64,000 bases of DNA. Source: Phoronis australis (taxonomy: Eukaryota > Animalia > Phoronida). The translations under genes and the position numbers were made by a program. Positions within the stretch are counted from its first letter, which is position 1. Each line of letters opens with the position of its first letter. Shown piece by piece: positions 14,042 to 27,099 of this stretch. The notes below the pieces were generated by a model. The model searched no databases and had not been told where the DNA came from. It saw only the letters and a list, made by a program, of their open reading frames with translations. Location: NCBI GenBank assembly GCA_002633005.1, contig NMRA01000283.1, positions 124,001-188,000 of the forward strand, written 5' to 3'.

Positions 14042-15354
14042 TGTCAGAGCACTTGTTGTTTGACATCATGTCTGACTTCTAAATTTACGTGCAGGGCAAA
14101 ATGAACTCCTACACTCTGACACACCGCCACCTATACTGAAAAGTGGCCCTGTGAAAACATGGTGAACGACACACGGAAATCCGTGAGTGGGCCTCAATGC
14201 GCATGCTTGGTCGGAAGTTTACCGATCACATCGCCACCACCTGCACACGCCTTCTATGCACTGAACTTGGTTAGGCTTAAGCCACTGGATCGGAGTTTCC
14301 TTGATTTTGTTTACTTCCATTACTGCCTGTTTTAATAAATTACAACTATTCAAGTCAGAGCTGGTCGCCATACTACGCAACAGTAAACTAAGAGTTTCTC
14401 AAATTTCAACCAATGGGAATGACAGAATGTTACGACGTTGGTTTCATTACTTTAACCAATGAGAAGCCAACAGCATTCCCCAGTGCTACCTTTCGTAGCA
14501 CTGTGATAGAGTGTTGTGATTAAACTTGAAAACAAAAAAACACATTGACGACAAAAGATCGAGGTGTTTTTATATAAAAGCTCTGTAAAACTTGATGTCA
14601 GTGCTGCCTAAGATATATTTGTGCAATTCTGTTCAATTAGGCGCTTTTTGTTCACGCTTCATTGTCCCGGATGTCGATAAAAACGCCCGGATCAATTTCA
14701 TGAAAAGTGAAGTTCTTTTTTTTCAAGGCATGCAATCGTAACTAAAAAATTATCAAAATGACTGGGCAAGTTAGCGGCAATAACTTCTTCCATGATTAAT
14801 TTATTATCAACAGATATGATACGATTTACTGTGATTGTAATAGTAATATCAGGTTTGTCAAGTTACTTCAAGTAGACTTTGAAATATCGATAGCTTATCT
14901 TGTGATTTTTTATTCAATGTGCTAGTTTTGATTATTTTTTCTAATCTCCATTAAAAGGTACCAAACCGGTTTTGGCCTATTAACAGATATTAACAACGAC
15001 GTTCCCATGTAGTTCTCTCTATAACCCTCGATAACCCTTAAATGTTTGGAGCACAATTTGAAAATTCCTTACAAAGTCTGCTAAACGTGCAAGCGTAACC
15101 TACACGCTTTAATCAAATTACGCGACGACTGTAGGGAAACACCACACTTCAAGAACCACGATATCCGATTTGTGACAAAGAAACCATGAGTTTTTATTTG
15201 AAACCAATTTTAACCACTCACGTTGGACGCCAGAGTTACATCAGTTGACAACAGAGTGAGAGTAATTGGTTGCAATCACCAAAACAGTATTTAGTATCCT
15301 ACAAAATCTGTTTTCTGCACATTGTGCAAAATCTTTTTTTTCTGAACCCATTAA

Positions 15355-16100
15355 ACTGGAAACAGGATGTAGACAAGGTGACCTCCTCTTCATGTTTGTT
15401 TATTTTATGTGCTGAGGTACTGGGGTATGTGGTAAAAAGTGACAAATCAATTAAAGGCGTCATAATTAGAGATGTTGAATATGTCACCACTTGGCATGCA
15501 CATGATATTACTTTCGGACATGAAGTGTTTCTAGAGTTGAAGACGAAATGAAAAAGATGACATCTGTGAGTATAGAAAGACACGAATACGCAGTAGAGTT
15601 AAGGAACTTAGTTGGGTCCCTGAATGCAACAATACACATGGCTCTACGAGTGAAATGTAAAAACGAATGCGGTTCAGTTGGATCGGTAGGAAAAAATTCA
15701 AAGGCAGTCTTTCACCGAAAGAGATGGAAATTTGACTGAGGGTTACTATATTTAGATGCTGGAAAATAAAATTAATTTATAGCATTTATCTTCAGGACTT
15801 TTTCAAATCAAGATTGGGGAACTGGCCAAGAAGGTTGGCACTGCACTTATGGACTTCACTTCCTAGCTACGAAGGTCATTTACTAAATGAAAACGATTCA
15901 ATGTTCTTTACATTTATTTGGGAGAACAATGTTGAAAGAATTCAGTGGTAGAAATTGGCATATTCAAGATAAGGAGGTTAGGGGAGTACGGAAAGCTACT
16001 CCTTGAAAAATGCATTAAAACTATTCAGGATCAGGGTATTTGTAAACAAACCCTAAAGATTTGTAAACTCGAGACATGATCAGTAACTTCATTATTTGTG
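15355..16100 (+). mobile_element. Degraded L1/Tx1-like LINE reverse transcriptase fragment
   Basis: SSCLFILCAEVLGYVVKSDKSIKGVIIRDVEYVTTWHAHDIT resembles the L1-clade consensus SPYLFILCAEIL...IKGI....EY.ISQYADDT; frameshifted and with stops. Confidence 0.7.
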
Positions 16101-18746
16101 GAGATATTTTTAAGTCAATTGGAGTGATAGAAAATATTTTTCGGGACGAATGTCTGAATTTTTTTATCAAGATCTGTTAAAAAACGAAAACCTTGTACGA
16201 ATTTTGATGTGATGTCAACTAGTTTGTGGTTTAACGGTGAAATTGTTGGTATAATGAATGTTCGTGCCACCGACTCGTTATACATGTAATATGAGTACCT
16301 GTACATGACTCGAACAGGTAACTTTCCGGTAAATCTAATGAGATCTGGAACGCGATAAATATACAAAATTGCAAAATTGAAAGCGATTCTCTGCCACTGA
16401 AACAAAATTCAACCTGTTCACCAAGTACTTTTAGGGTTTGTTCGTAAGGATTTTCAATTTCTGTTGATATCAAAACCGTTCTTTTAGTTTTAAATTACAG
16501 TAAACGATCTGTCAACTGCTCGACGCTTCGTCGAGTTTTCTCCCACAAAGCAAAGTCTCCTTGTTTGTTATGGCAAAATCAAAGACGTATTATGATGTAT
16601 ATGGGCAAAACATAGACGTAGAACATTTCTTTTTATAAATTATGGGAAATGTGACCTTTGACTTCAAGCGACTTTAAGGAACTGACTATGAGCGCGTGCG
16701 CGCATTTATCATAAGTGAGGGGAGGTCTGTGGTAAGCACAGACTTTTTCCTTCGCCATTATTTCAAAAATCGTGAACTTTGTGATTTTTTTCTGGAAATT
16801 TGCTCACAGGGGACAGTTAATTACTCTGTACGTACTATGTTGCGAGATAGTACTTTCGTAAGGAATTCTTTGAAAGATATTTTTGATGAGCTTTTGCGTT
16901 CTATACCCATTTAACGTTAAAAGCCGTCTCGTTTATTTTAAACGCTATGCCGTTAGAGGTCTTCCTGAGCTGTAATGATTTAAAAATCAAATGCGAGATA
17001 CAGTCTTTTTAATACGAGTTTCTGCTTGCAGCAGTGATTTAGTAGTTCGGACACTTTTCCGCATTAGACAAGTTGGGACCATGGTTCCGTTTGGTGTAGA
17101 GAAGTTTTTCGATGTTCATTCGTGTTGCAAGGGTCTTCATAATAAAACTGTAATTTTCCAACAGCTTAGGTAAAATTCACTGACAAGGGTTATCAGATAG
17201 ACAAAAAACAAGTGGGAAATTTATTGCTTGCCCTTCAAACATTCTGGGGATACTTTGCTGACTAGATGGTTTCGTTTTAGGATTTTACCTAGAATATTTA
17301 CAACTACACTGTTTCTAAATAAAAAATATTTGAATGTAATTCTTTTTTGTCATAGTGAAATAGAAACGTTTTTCGTTTTTTATGTCCGCACTATGACTAA
17401 ATAAATTTAAGACGACATCCATTCTTGGTTGCTGAACATAAAATCGTCATCTGGCTTTGAATAAAGAAACTACATGTACATTGCTTGAATCTCTCATTTG
17501 TAACCACAACAAAGCACTAAACTGGATTTTTACAATCAAAACGATTTATTTATCATTGCAGAACGGAAAGCCGGGAACCATATATTGTGCTCTTAATCAT
17601 TATTATTCAATATCAGGAATTCAAGATTAAAAAATCACCAAATATGCAGATAGTGTGAATAGTTTTTGATAACAGAAGTTACAGACATTTGTTCAGAATA
17701 AAAATGTATCATTCTCACTGTACGTGATTCTACCCTTATTGTGTCCTGTCTACGAAACAAGAGAGAAATAAGTTAATATATTTAAAAAAGAGCAGGTATC
17801 CGTTTTCAAGACATGCCAAACTTATTAAGGAGACAAATGTCATTCAGTTTAACAAAATGAGACAATGCAAGTTGAACAACACATTTTTCGTGTTTTCTTT
17901 CCAGGGAGTAGAAAATGCTTCTTACCGGCAATCCCGCCCAACACATCCCCAGACCCGCGGCCCTAAACTCCTCACAAGCGACGAAAATGCTCCCTACCCG
18001 GTGACCAAACTGCAGTCCGGGGGATCAAAACCTACAGCCCCAGGGATTAGATTCCTCACACGTCTGAAACATCAAAGCGTTTAGAGGTCATCCTCCTATC
18101 CGGTACCCATAATGACTATTTCCAAAAATCTGGGACCGTTAACTAACTCGACTGAGTACGCTTTTGGACGACGTTCCCTGAGTTCAATTTTGAGAAATGT
18201 AGAGTATCCCCGGGTTCACCTACCTGGTGAGTCATACTGGATCAGTCGAGGGGAGAAGCGAGGTCACTTAGGAGCGGTATAGTTACGCATGTGCAGACGG
18301 TCATTTAGAGTTTTAATCTCTAGTTGTAACGCGTAATCAGTGATAACCTGAATTTACCCGTAATTGCATGCATGAGCTCCGCGCCACATATCTGACGTCG
18401 ACTTGTGCTTTCAAGTAGATCACAGGCAGACAGTCATACAAAAATTTCCTTTTTGGCTGTTGTGAAACAAATCGAAAGGGCTTCGTTTTATGAACTCACC
18501 ATAAGTCACACTTAACGATATGGAAATTTTAGTCCAGATTCGTTTATTACTTTATTTATAACTTCAACATTCAGTTGAACAAACAACCATCAATTTCAAT
18601 TAATTTTTACAATTCCATTTATCCATATGCTTAAACAAAAATTTACTACAACACTTCAGTGGAGCTCTGTCTGAGATTTATCAGAAGCCTAACGATATCT
18701 TGATGTTATCGTGCGCCCTAAATCTATGATCCGCACGCTCTTCGCA

Positions 18747-18808
18747 TACGTCATGTGACCCGCGCCGGGTATAAAGTAGCGACACTGCCTAGGATCGCTC
18801 TCTTAGTT
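18747..18808 (+). promoter_or_regulatory. Core promoter of FABP paralog B: M-box/CLEAR-like GTCATGTGAC, TATA box, Inr-like TTAGTT
   Basis: GTCATGTGAC 18750-18759, TATAAA 18770-18775 and TTAGTT 18803-18808, upstream of the ATG at 18848. Confidence 0.65.
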
Positions 18809-18847
18809 CACGTACTACTCCAAGAACGAATCCATTCAATAAGCAAG

Positions 18848-21800
18848 ATGTCTTTCCAAGGAAAATGGGACATGACAGATGCCGGCAACATGGATGAATT
18901 CATGGTCAAGCTCGGTAAGAATATTACATTAATGATAGTTAAAACCCATTGAAGCACGTTCCATACAAAGTTCGTTCATTTCCGTGTGAAGTTATCGCCT
19001 ACGTACACCACTAAAGTAACTTGCACATGTACATTACTGCGTCGCACGAAAAAAGACGAAATGCATATAATGCTCGGCGTTAAAGCTCTCGTAATGATAT
19101 TTTTGCGAAAAATTGCCGAAACTGTTTCACACTTCAACGATTCTTCTCTCGGTTATATCACGTGATCAAACGGTCTAAAAAGTTTCTGTCATTGAAAAAG
19201 TCTCCGTGAACTGACACCACAATGTGTGGAGATGACACGTGGGTACTGAACTTACTTGTTAAAAATAGAAGAGGTATTGGGCTGGTACACTTACATGTAT
19301 AAAGACATGAATGAGCACTTGGCATGATCCTTTTGGATCCGGCGCTGCATTTTGTCAGCACAGCTTTTGGACTTATTTCATTCTGTGACAATTTCAGCAA
19401 TAGTTTAAAACAACATGAAGACAATTTACATTTGAAACAGGCAATTGCTACGGTATAAACATGTATTTTCATTGGTTATGAGTCATTTCAGGTACGCTAG
19501 GAAATTACGTAACTAAGATATCTCGCGTACTGATAAGCAACAGATAAAATCCAAGGCCAGTTCGCATTAAAGCATCACAATAAATTTCAAGAGTTATTAG
19601 TTACGTTTGCCGAAAATTGATCATAACAAGAATACAAAACTATCTTATATTAGAACTAGTAATGGTCGCTTTGTTATCTTCAAAATTTGGCCCTGACATT
19701 CAGACTGTCTCACTTTCTCATGCCCGATGTTGCACTTTATATCGTTAAGTTAAAAAGTCGAAAGACCACTGACATACGAAATACCCTTTAAAGACAACAA
19801 CTGGGTCAGAGAACTACGTCCAAAGCGATAACTACTATAGTAACCACAGGGGCGGATCCAGGATTTTAGTTACGGAGTGCAGGACAGAGTATTACACAGG
19901 ATTTTGCCCGTCAGACATTCGCACCCCCAAACTGCCAAATGGAATCTGGGAGAGTTTTAGGAGGGCCATGTCCCCCGTGCCCCCCACCTCTAAATCCGTC
20001 AGTGAACCAGATGAAATAGGTTAATAATTCTTAAGCGAACTATGATGCTATGCAAGATCTTTGAGCCTTCACTTCACCCCATGTGGCAATACAACAGCAT
20101 TCAAATACCAACTGTGACACCCACCGGACAGCTTCACATGATTCTTGATCTTTGTTATGTTTCCGTGACAACCGACTTTGATGACCCACTTAGAACGGTT
20201 GGAAATTTGGGGAACATGGACGTCCCACCAATGAAAAAACATTTGTTTTTTGATTGTTGAATCTTTCGTCTGGTCATAGAAATAAGGTTCTAGTTAATAC
20301 TATATCAAATTGATATTATACATTTTGATTTTGAAATCTTAAGCTATAGCTTTCTTTTCCGCACCTTGCATATTCTGGTGACTTGCCAAAGTGTCGCATT
20401 GGCGATTCTGGGATGTTTTGCAGGGACACTTTCAAAGAAATATGCGTGTAAGCACCAAAAACTGCCAGTGGCGTAGTTGTAAAGGTAGAGGTGTAAGCCA
20501 CCTAAGATAAGTAGAAATATTCGACACTTGAATAGTTACTTTCTTCTATTTCGGCATAAAGTATTGAATCTTTGCAGGAGAAATATTTAAGTACAAAAAA
20601 CCGTTTTCCAAAACAATGTAATGACCGTGAATCTAATAATGACAGACACAGGCACACCTTTCGAGTATATTTTGTTCACTGCGCCAGTGTCTGTATTCAA
20701 ATTAAGGGTAATCAAAGACAGGTTCTGTTCTTGTAATCTGCAATATCATGAATGAAGTCTGCGAGGAGGCGCGAAATGGCACACTGCCATTTCGCGCGTT
20801 TTTTTTTTATCTCAAAGGCCGCTTGATAAGAGTCTGGGTTTTTGAATGTTACAGCACAGTTTATACAATCCACTAACGATATGGCAGTTTCTAAGCTATC
20901 AAAAGAAACCGGTATTTATCAGATACATACCATGATTTAATAGATAATCTACCAAAATAACCCGTTGCACAGAAAGCCTGAATTATTGCGCGTCCAACTC
21001 CATGCCGTTTTTCAGTGAAACCATAGAAATGAATGCCTTTTATGAATATCCACGGGATTTTCACGAATAAAACCTGGATACTGAAGTGCTGCTATTAGCC
21101 GAATTTAAAAGAAATCTTACACCAGTCAAGCTTGAATCTACGTCAGACGGAATCATCGCTTTTTCCCGGGCGTAACGGACTATACCAAAATATCGGAATT
21201 CTTGTGTAAGGGATTGCCTCTTGAATACTAATTACAAGCCCGTCACTTTCTCACAGGTGTCGCTCCAGAGGTAAGAGAGAGGATCAACAAAGCTAAACCA
21301 TCGCTTGACATTACCATCGACGGGGACAACGTCATGTACAAGACAATTTCGGGAGGCCATGAACGTAAGATCCCATTCAAATTCGGCGTAGAGTTCGAGA
21401 CGACCGCTATCGACGGAAAGCCAGTAAAGGTAACTAGCTGTAACTGATGTGATCGCTTGCTTTGCTCGTAATACATGCCGATTATCTCATGAAATTTTGC
21501 GTTTTTGGAAGATTCTCGCCTCTGTGGAATGTGCGCTTGTTTTATAACGTTCTCTGTTTTTAACGATCCATTCAGATGCCTCAAAACAACTGCGCTGCAT
21601 GCAATTTGATTTGGTTACAGCGAACGCTAGTTACAACGCAGGGGCGTAGCTTGTAACCATTCAAACATGCACTAACGTCGTAGAAAAAATGAAAAGACAA
21701 AACTGTTATTAATTTTAATTATAAGTTGATTTTTCAAAATATCATAATCAGTGACACCAATAGGTGAACCACTATGACCACGTGCTTTGTTTGTCTTAGA

Positions 21801-22580
21801 AAACAATGGCTACCTACTCCCTTGCAACAAACATTTTGACAGAAATGTCAGAGGGCTCGTTGCCATGCGGTTCTGGTGCATTGTAACGTTTCAATGCAAT
21901 CATAGTAAATTACTATTCTTTACAGGGACTGGTGGTTCGTGACAGCGATACCAAGTGGTCAGAGACACAACAGTCTGGGGATGGGGCTCCAAGAAAGGTG
22001 ATCAGAGAACTGGTTGGCGATGAAATGGTTATCGTAAGTAGACCCTCATGAATACCGATAGGGCGTTTTTTTTTCGAAGTAACATAAATTGTGCAAAATA
22101 TGGTGTTTTCCATTCACTATTCAGATCATCTGATAGGCACTTGACGATTCAATTGTAAATATGTCTATTAGGTTGCTTCAACAAATACTTAAAGTTGCTG
22201 AATCTGAGTTTGTTGACTAAGTTGAGCTAAAATTCAAACAAAATCATTTTTGCATCTTAAACATCAAAACAAATCATGCTCTATTGAATAGATCTCGGTC
22301 CACAAATCTCCAAAGTCGCGTGGTGAACTTGACAGTAATCAGAAAGAAATTAATCTGGGTCTCCAATTTTTTGACCCGGAGAATACAAGGACATGCCGCT
22401 TTCGGGATTTGTTTCGATGTACAGGACACAGAAATACGTTTAATTTGAATTTTAATCTAGAGTCCAGCAACGCTAAGAGAAACATGACCACATACGATGT
22501 ACTTTGTTGTAACCACTCTATAATTTCAGACCATTGAGGCCGCTGGAAATACATGCGTGGTGAAGTACAAACGCGCGTAG
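18848..22580 (+). CDS. FABP: Fatty acid-binding protein (FABP family), paralog B, complete, 132 aa; exons 18848-18914, 21257-21429, 21926-22033, 22530-22580
   Basis: GT-AG introns; exon sizes 67/173/108/51 and phases 1/0/0 match the canonical FABP gene structure. Protein: MSFQGKWDMTDAGNMDEFMVKLGVAPEVRERINKAKPSLDITIDGDNVMYKTISGGHERKIPFKFGVEFETTAIDGKPVKGLVVRDSDTKWSETQQSGDGAPRKVIRELVGDEMVITIEAAGNTCVVKYKRA, with GxW, FKFGVEFE and DG motifs. Confidence 0.95.
19847..20004 (+). mobile_element. MITE (CAGGGGCGGATCC family, 5-bp TSD AACCA) in FABP-B intron 1
   Basis: aacca|CAGGGGCGGATCCAGGATTTT...TAAATCCGTCAGTG|aacca; homologous to 31275-31587 and 38618-38773. Confidence 0.8.
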
Positions 22581-22694
22581 ATGACTGGATCTTTTCAATG
22601 TCACGTAATTGTCATCGCCGCAGGACCCAATTGATGATACCGGCCAACAGACAAAGATTGCTTAGGAAATTAATGGTCTTTTTCACCAAATTTT

Positions 22695-22700
22695 AATAAA
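22695..22700 (+). terminator. Polyadenylation signal of FABP paralog B
   Basis: AATAAA about 115 nt after the TAG. Confidence 0.6.
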
Positions 22701-25700
22701 AGAGAAAAACAACTTCAGCAATTGTTCTAAAGTCAAAAATGTCGACCATCAAAAGGTGAAATGGCGAAAATAAAACACACAACGGATGTACCTTTACATA
22801 AACAGAACGTTCTTTTCGAATGCGAATGTTGAAATAAAACGTTGAAAACATTGGCATTCATTTCATTTGCTCATTGCATGTCACTGACGTCACAGGTTCT
22901 GGATAAAAATGACTTCTATCCAATGACGCTATACTTCCACTGACTCTCGTTTACAACGCGAAACAAGTGATTTTTAGCCATTAAATTAAGGAACCCATGG
23001 GGATTTTATTCGGCACCAGCCCAACGAGGCAAAGGGGTAATACATGCACTAGATTAGAACTATTCGTTCAAGTTAATTTACCATTGCCATCTCGGTTGAC
23101 TTAGGTACCTGACGTGATGCAGGACACCTCGAGCATAATATTCCACAGCAGGACTGATTCTATAACAGGACTCACGTAACAAACGCCGATTGGAAATGAA
23201 TGATTAAAACGGGGAACACGAAACTTTAGAACAGTTGACTCAGTGGGACAAAACCAGGATATCCCCAGCGTGACAGTGCATGGGCATCGGTTCGCTTTTT
23301 GCAAGAAATGGACAAAAAGTGGACTTAGCTGCACTAAAAACTGGAATAAAGGTTGAGATCTTGGCCAAATACTTCTAATATAAAAATACCTTTAAAAGAA
23401 TAGGCGAAGAACTCGCACCGTTTAGTCGTCTTGAGTTCGAAGTTTGTGAATGGACACGACCGCTGCACACAGAGCACTCTTAAGCGACGGCGAACGGGTG
23501 CGTGCAAAATGTCGAGGCTGCGCATTCTCTTGACTCAAATTTGGGAAAATTATTTAACAGTTACATCGTTTCTTCTTTTTCTGTTACCGCCAAATATTGA
23601 GTGCGCAACGTAGTAAGCGTTAGCTGTAAACGCAGGCGGCTGACGATAACCCGCCCAAATAGTTTTTGGCTTCGAGAAAAAAGCGCGTTCGCTGGATTGA
23701 GTTCGACGGACTGAAGCCCCGACTCGGCAAGACAATGAAAAAAGAACACGCCAGTGTTTTGCCGCCACAGGTGCTTTTCCGTTGCGGGAACGAAATGGAA
23801 GGGGGTATCGGGTGGGGGCGACTGTTCGCGCAGCCGATTTTGAGTTAATTTTGTCCGACGGGCTCGAAACTAGCATCTGGGCCTCGTTTTAGCGTTCATA
23901 GACTGATGTCCACTTGACAACGGCAACACAATTATAATGTCACTGTCCGCATATACGCCACTGGTGTTAGTTCGGTGTAAATGCGCAGCACTGGTATTAC
24001 ACCTATCAAGCTAGTCAAGACATGTGACTCTTCATTTAAGGAGGGCCATAGAGTCAGGAACTTGACCGTATTTTCGGCATGCCGGAAGTCGAAGCCAGAA
24101 GGAGGCTACCACTTTCTTTACAAGTGTAACTAACTCTTGGGTGTTTAGCTCTTATAACAATGCCGTTTTTTTCTAATGGTCATAGTAAGAGCAGCGTTGT
24201 TGTTAAGTCCAAAGTTAGTTTCACTTTTCAGACCGACTTCAGTAGTCCACAGGCAATCTCATCAGCCGCTCGCCGTTATATTATGATAATAGTTAAGTAC
24301 AGTATAAAAGACTCATCCAATATGGCCGACGAGCAGGCGAGTTGTTAACGACAAAAACTAATGAGACAGTTAAATTTTATACACTTCAATTCAATAATTA
24401 TAGTTATCGATGCTTAATTTAATGTTCGTTTAGTAAAGACACAATAAATCATGGGACCATTTGATGCATGCAATGGCCACAAATCCACAGTTCACTAAAC
24501 GATAAAACCGGCATCCGCCAACTTTGCTCCAACTGAATGCGCATGCTGATAATAGAATCGCACTAAGTGTAAAAACAACATGCGTGACACCGTTAATTGT
24601 TACCGTTGATTGGTTGAAAGTTTTGAGCCGTTTATTTGACAGAGGCGCGAACTGGAGAGGGGAAGGCTATGAGAATGGTGTGAAACACTATTAAATCTTT
24701 TGTGAAATTATTTGTTATCGATGATTTTTTAGCATGATACGTGAAATTTATTTATTTATTTAATTATTTAAACTTTTTTAAAAGGCTGGGTGACCACTTC
24801 AGTGAATACGCTGATTTTCAAGTGGGCCCAGTCGGAAAATTTTACATGATGTAAAATACGTACAATTAGATTGAAATGATTAATAAATGAAAGAGGGACT
24901 GGCCCACTTGTTTCTCAATGATCGAGCCGGCGATGATTTATATGACCGAAGATGACTGTCATGGATTGGCGGTACTAGGCTGCGAAACAAGATTTAGCCG
25001 TTGCGTGATTTTTTGAAATTAATCAATCAACATCAACGCCTACAATTTTCAATGGCATTTCTAGAAACATGGGATTGAGTTACTGTAATAACAGTTATGA
25101 TTTGTTCCCTGACCAGCAACTCGTCTGGGTAAATATATCAGTTAGTCTGAAAGAGGACTGACGGATATTCCAATGCTAGATATCAATGACGCGACCTCTC
25201 GGACCCCGAAACACGACTCTGCCATCCAACAATGTCACCAATCAATAGGTGTATCAAGCAATCTTATTTTTATGCAAAGTTTGGTTTAAAGCCACATAAA
25301 ATCAGGGGCGCTAGCAGATTTGTCATGATTTTGCAACTCACTACAGTCATTTCAACGAATCTAGCTTGTAACGAACGTTCTCTTACGCTGTCCCACTCCA
25401 CAAGTTCCAAGCCAACCGCACTGCACACAGAAAGCCTCAGTAATTGAAGCGGTAGAATCTGGGAGGATTTTTTTGACGCAGTTCAACTTATAGTTGCAAA
25501 CTGCAACACTTAACATCGTGAGACCGTAGAAAGTAAAAAATCTGAAACAGTCGACCAGTCAGGACCCAGAGGAAAACTTGCGTAGGTGGCAAATACGGAA
25601 CTTGCAAATCTGACCGGTGACCAACATGTAGGCATGGTAAAGGTTCCTATCAAAAGATGCATTTTCAAATAAATTCCACGCTGAGTGAATAGGCTCTAGT

Positions 25701-27099
25701 AGAACCGAGAGCTGGCGAACATGGGTCTCCCCGACAGAAATTGGATGCACGGTCTGTCTGATGAATTTTCCAGGTTTTTTACATTCGTTGAATAAAAATA
25801 AAAACGGAAAACGTATATTGTTCCATCAAAATTGGAATCCCAATGTAAAACATATTTTCCGGAGTCAAAGGCAGACACGCGCACCTTCAAAACAGATAAC
25901 AAGCCTGAAAAACACAAACCCGGACCTTTAAAACGTGAGAAACTTTCCAGTTGTTTTTAGCATGAGTTGTAAAAATTATCAATAATAAAACGTAACTTAG
26001 ATTATATTGACTTTGTTATTTGATCGTTAAAACTCCTGTAACTTGTTTGTGGGCGAACTTCAATATGAGCTACATGCATACTCTATACAACTTGATATAT
26101 CGGTGAATATTTAGATAATTTCATGAAAAATAAAAATAAAAACATTATTTCGACTTTCCAGTGAAATTCTTGATTAATTCTTTCAAATATCTTTACAATT
26201 ATCAGCATTTAGGGTTTGCCGATTTTCTTGTCGAGAGTACATTATTTCCGGCACACGCCGTAACCAATTTCACCGTTATTGCCCTCAAATAAAGTGTACT
26301 TTAACTTCTCATAGATCATTAAAACGGATTTTGGAATCGGAATTTCTGATCTCAACGCATTTACATTCTTTTTGGGCGGGTCACTGTTGCAAAATTTATT
26401 CTGAAATTCGGTTTGCTGGTACTAGAATACTAAAACTTGTAACGAAATGAAGCCAGTTCCGACAATTTGTTGTGTTGTAACACAACCTCGTGGAATAACA
26501 ACAGTTGATTGGAGAATTGGGGAAAAAGAAACTGGCCAATAGGTAACGCAATATTTCTTAGCGCCGAAAGCCGACGCAAAAGATCGCATCACAACTTTAG
26601 CAGCAGCGCAACGGTACGACAATCCGTTATAAGTAAAAATGTGTACATGGTACATGTCGTGTGAATACAAAGCACTTTAAAAGTCCTAAAGTGCTATTTT
26701 CTTGAGATGACAAAAGGTGCGGGTCGGATTGGTGTTTCGGTCCCCCAGTGTCCTGTCCGATCCCCGGCGTTCCTGTTTTAAACGTCAGGGTTCCTGTTTT
26801 TCGGGCAGGTTAGCTGTGTTGAAGGTGCGGCAGACTGTTTTTTGACTCCGGGACATTTTTGTACACCGGGGTCTTGATATTGGGTGGGGAATCACAGAAA
26901 GCACTGTGCTGCGATAGAGAAGATCAGAACCAGCTTGGGATCGTCTTTCAATATGCAGTGATCTGCCATCACTGCGCAAGCGCCGGGTCCGGTCACCGGC
27001 AACGGAGCTACTAATGGAATATGACCAAAACTTGCGGCTGGATATCCATATCTGGGCTGGGTTGCATAGTACAGCGAAATTACAAGCATGAAAATTTTG

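Noticed and set aside
13555-14069. Paired ORFs sharing NAVTPFKS...RYML.AHC
   Set aside because: They are the two TIRs of a MITE read on opposite strands
17857-18084. Exon-like GC-richer segment after a TTTCCAG acceptor
   Set aside because: No recognisable protein and no matching upstream exon found
21243-21584. Minus-strand ORFs at 21243-21584, 21913-22113 and 1110-1292
   Set aside because: Antisense shadows of FABP exons
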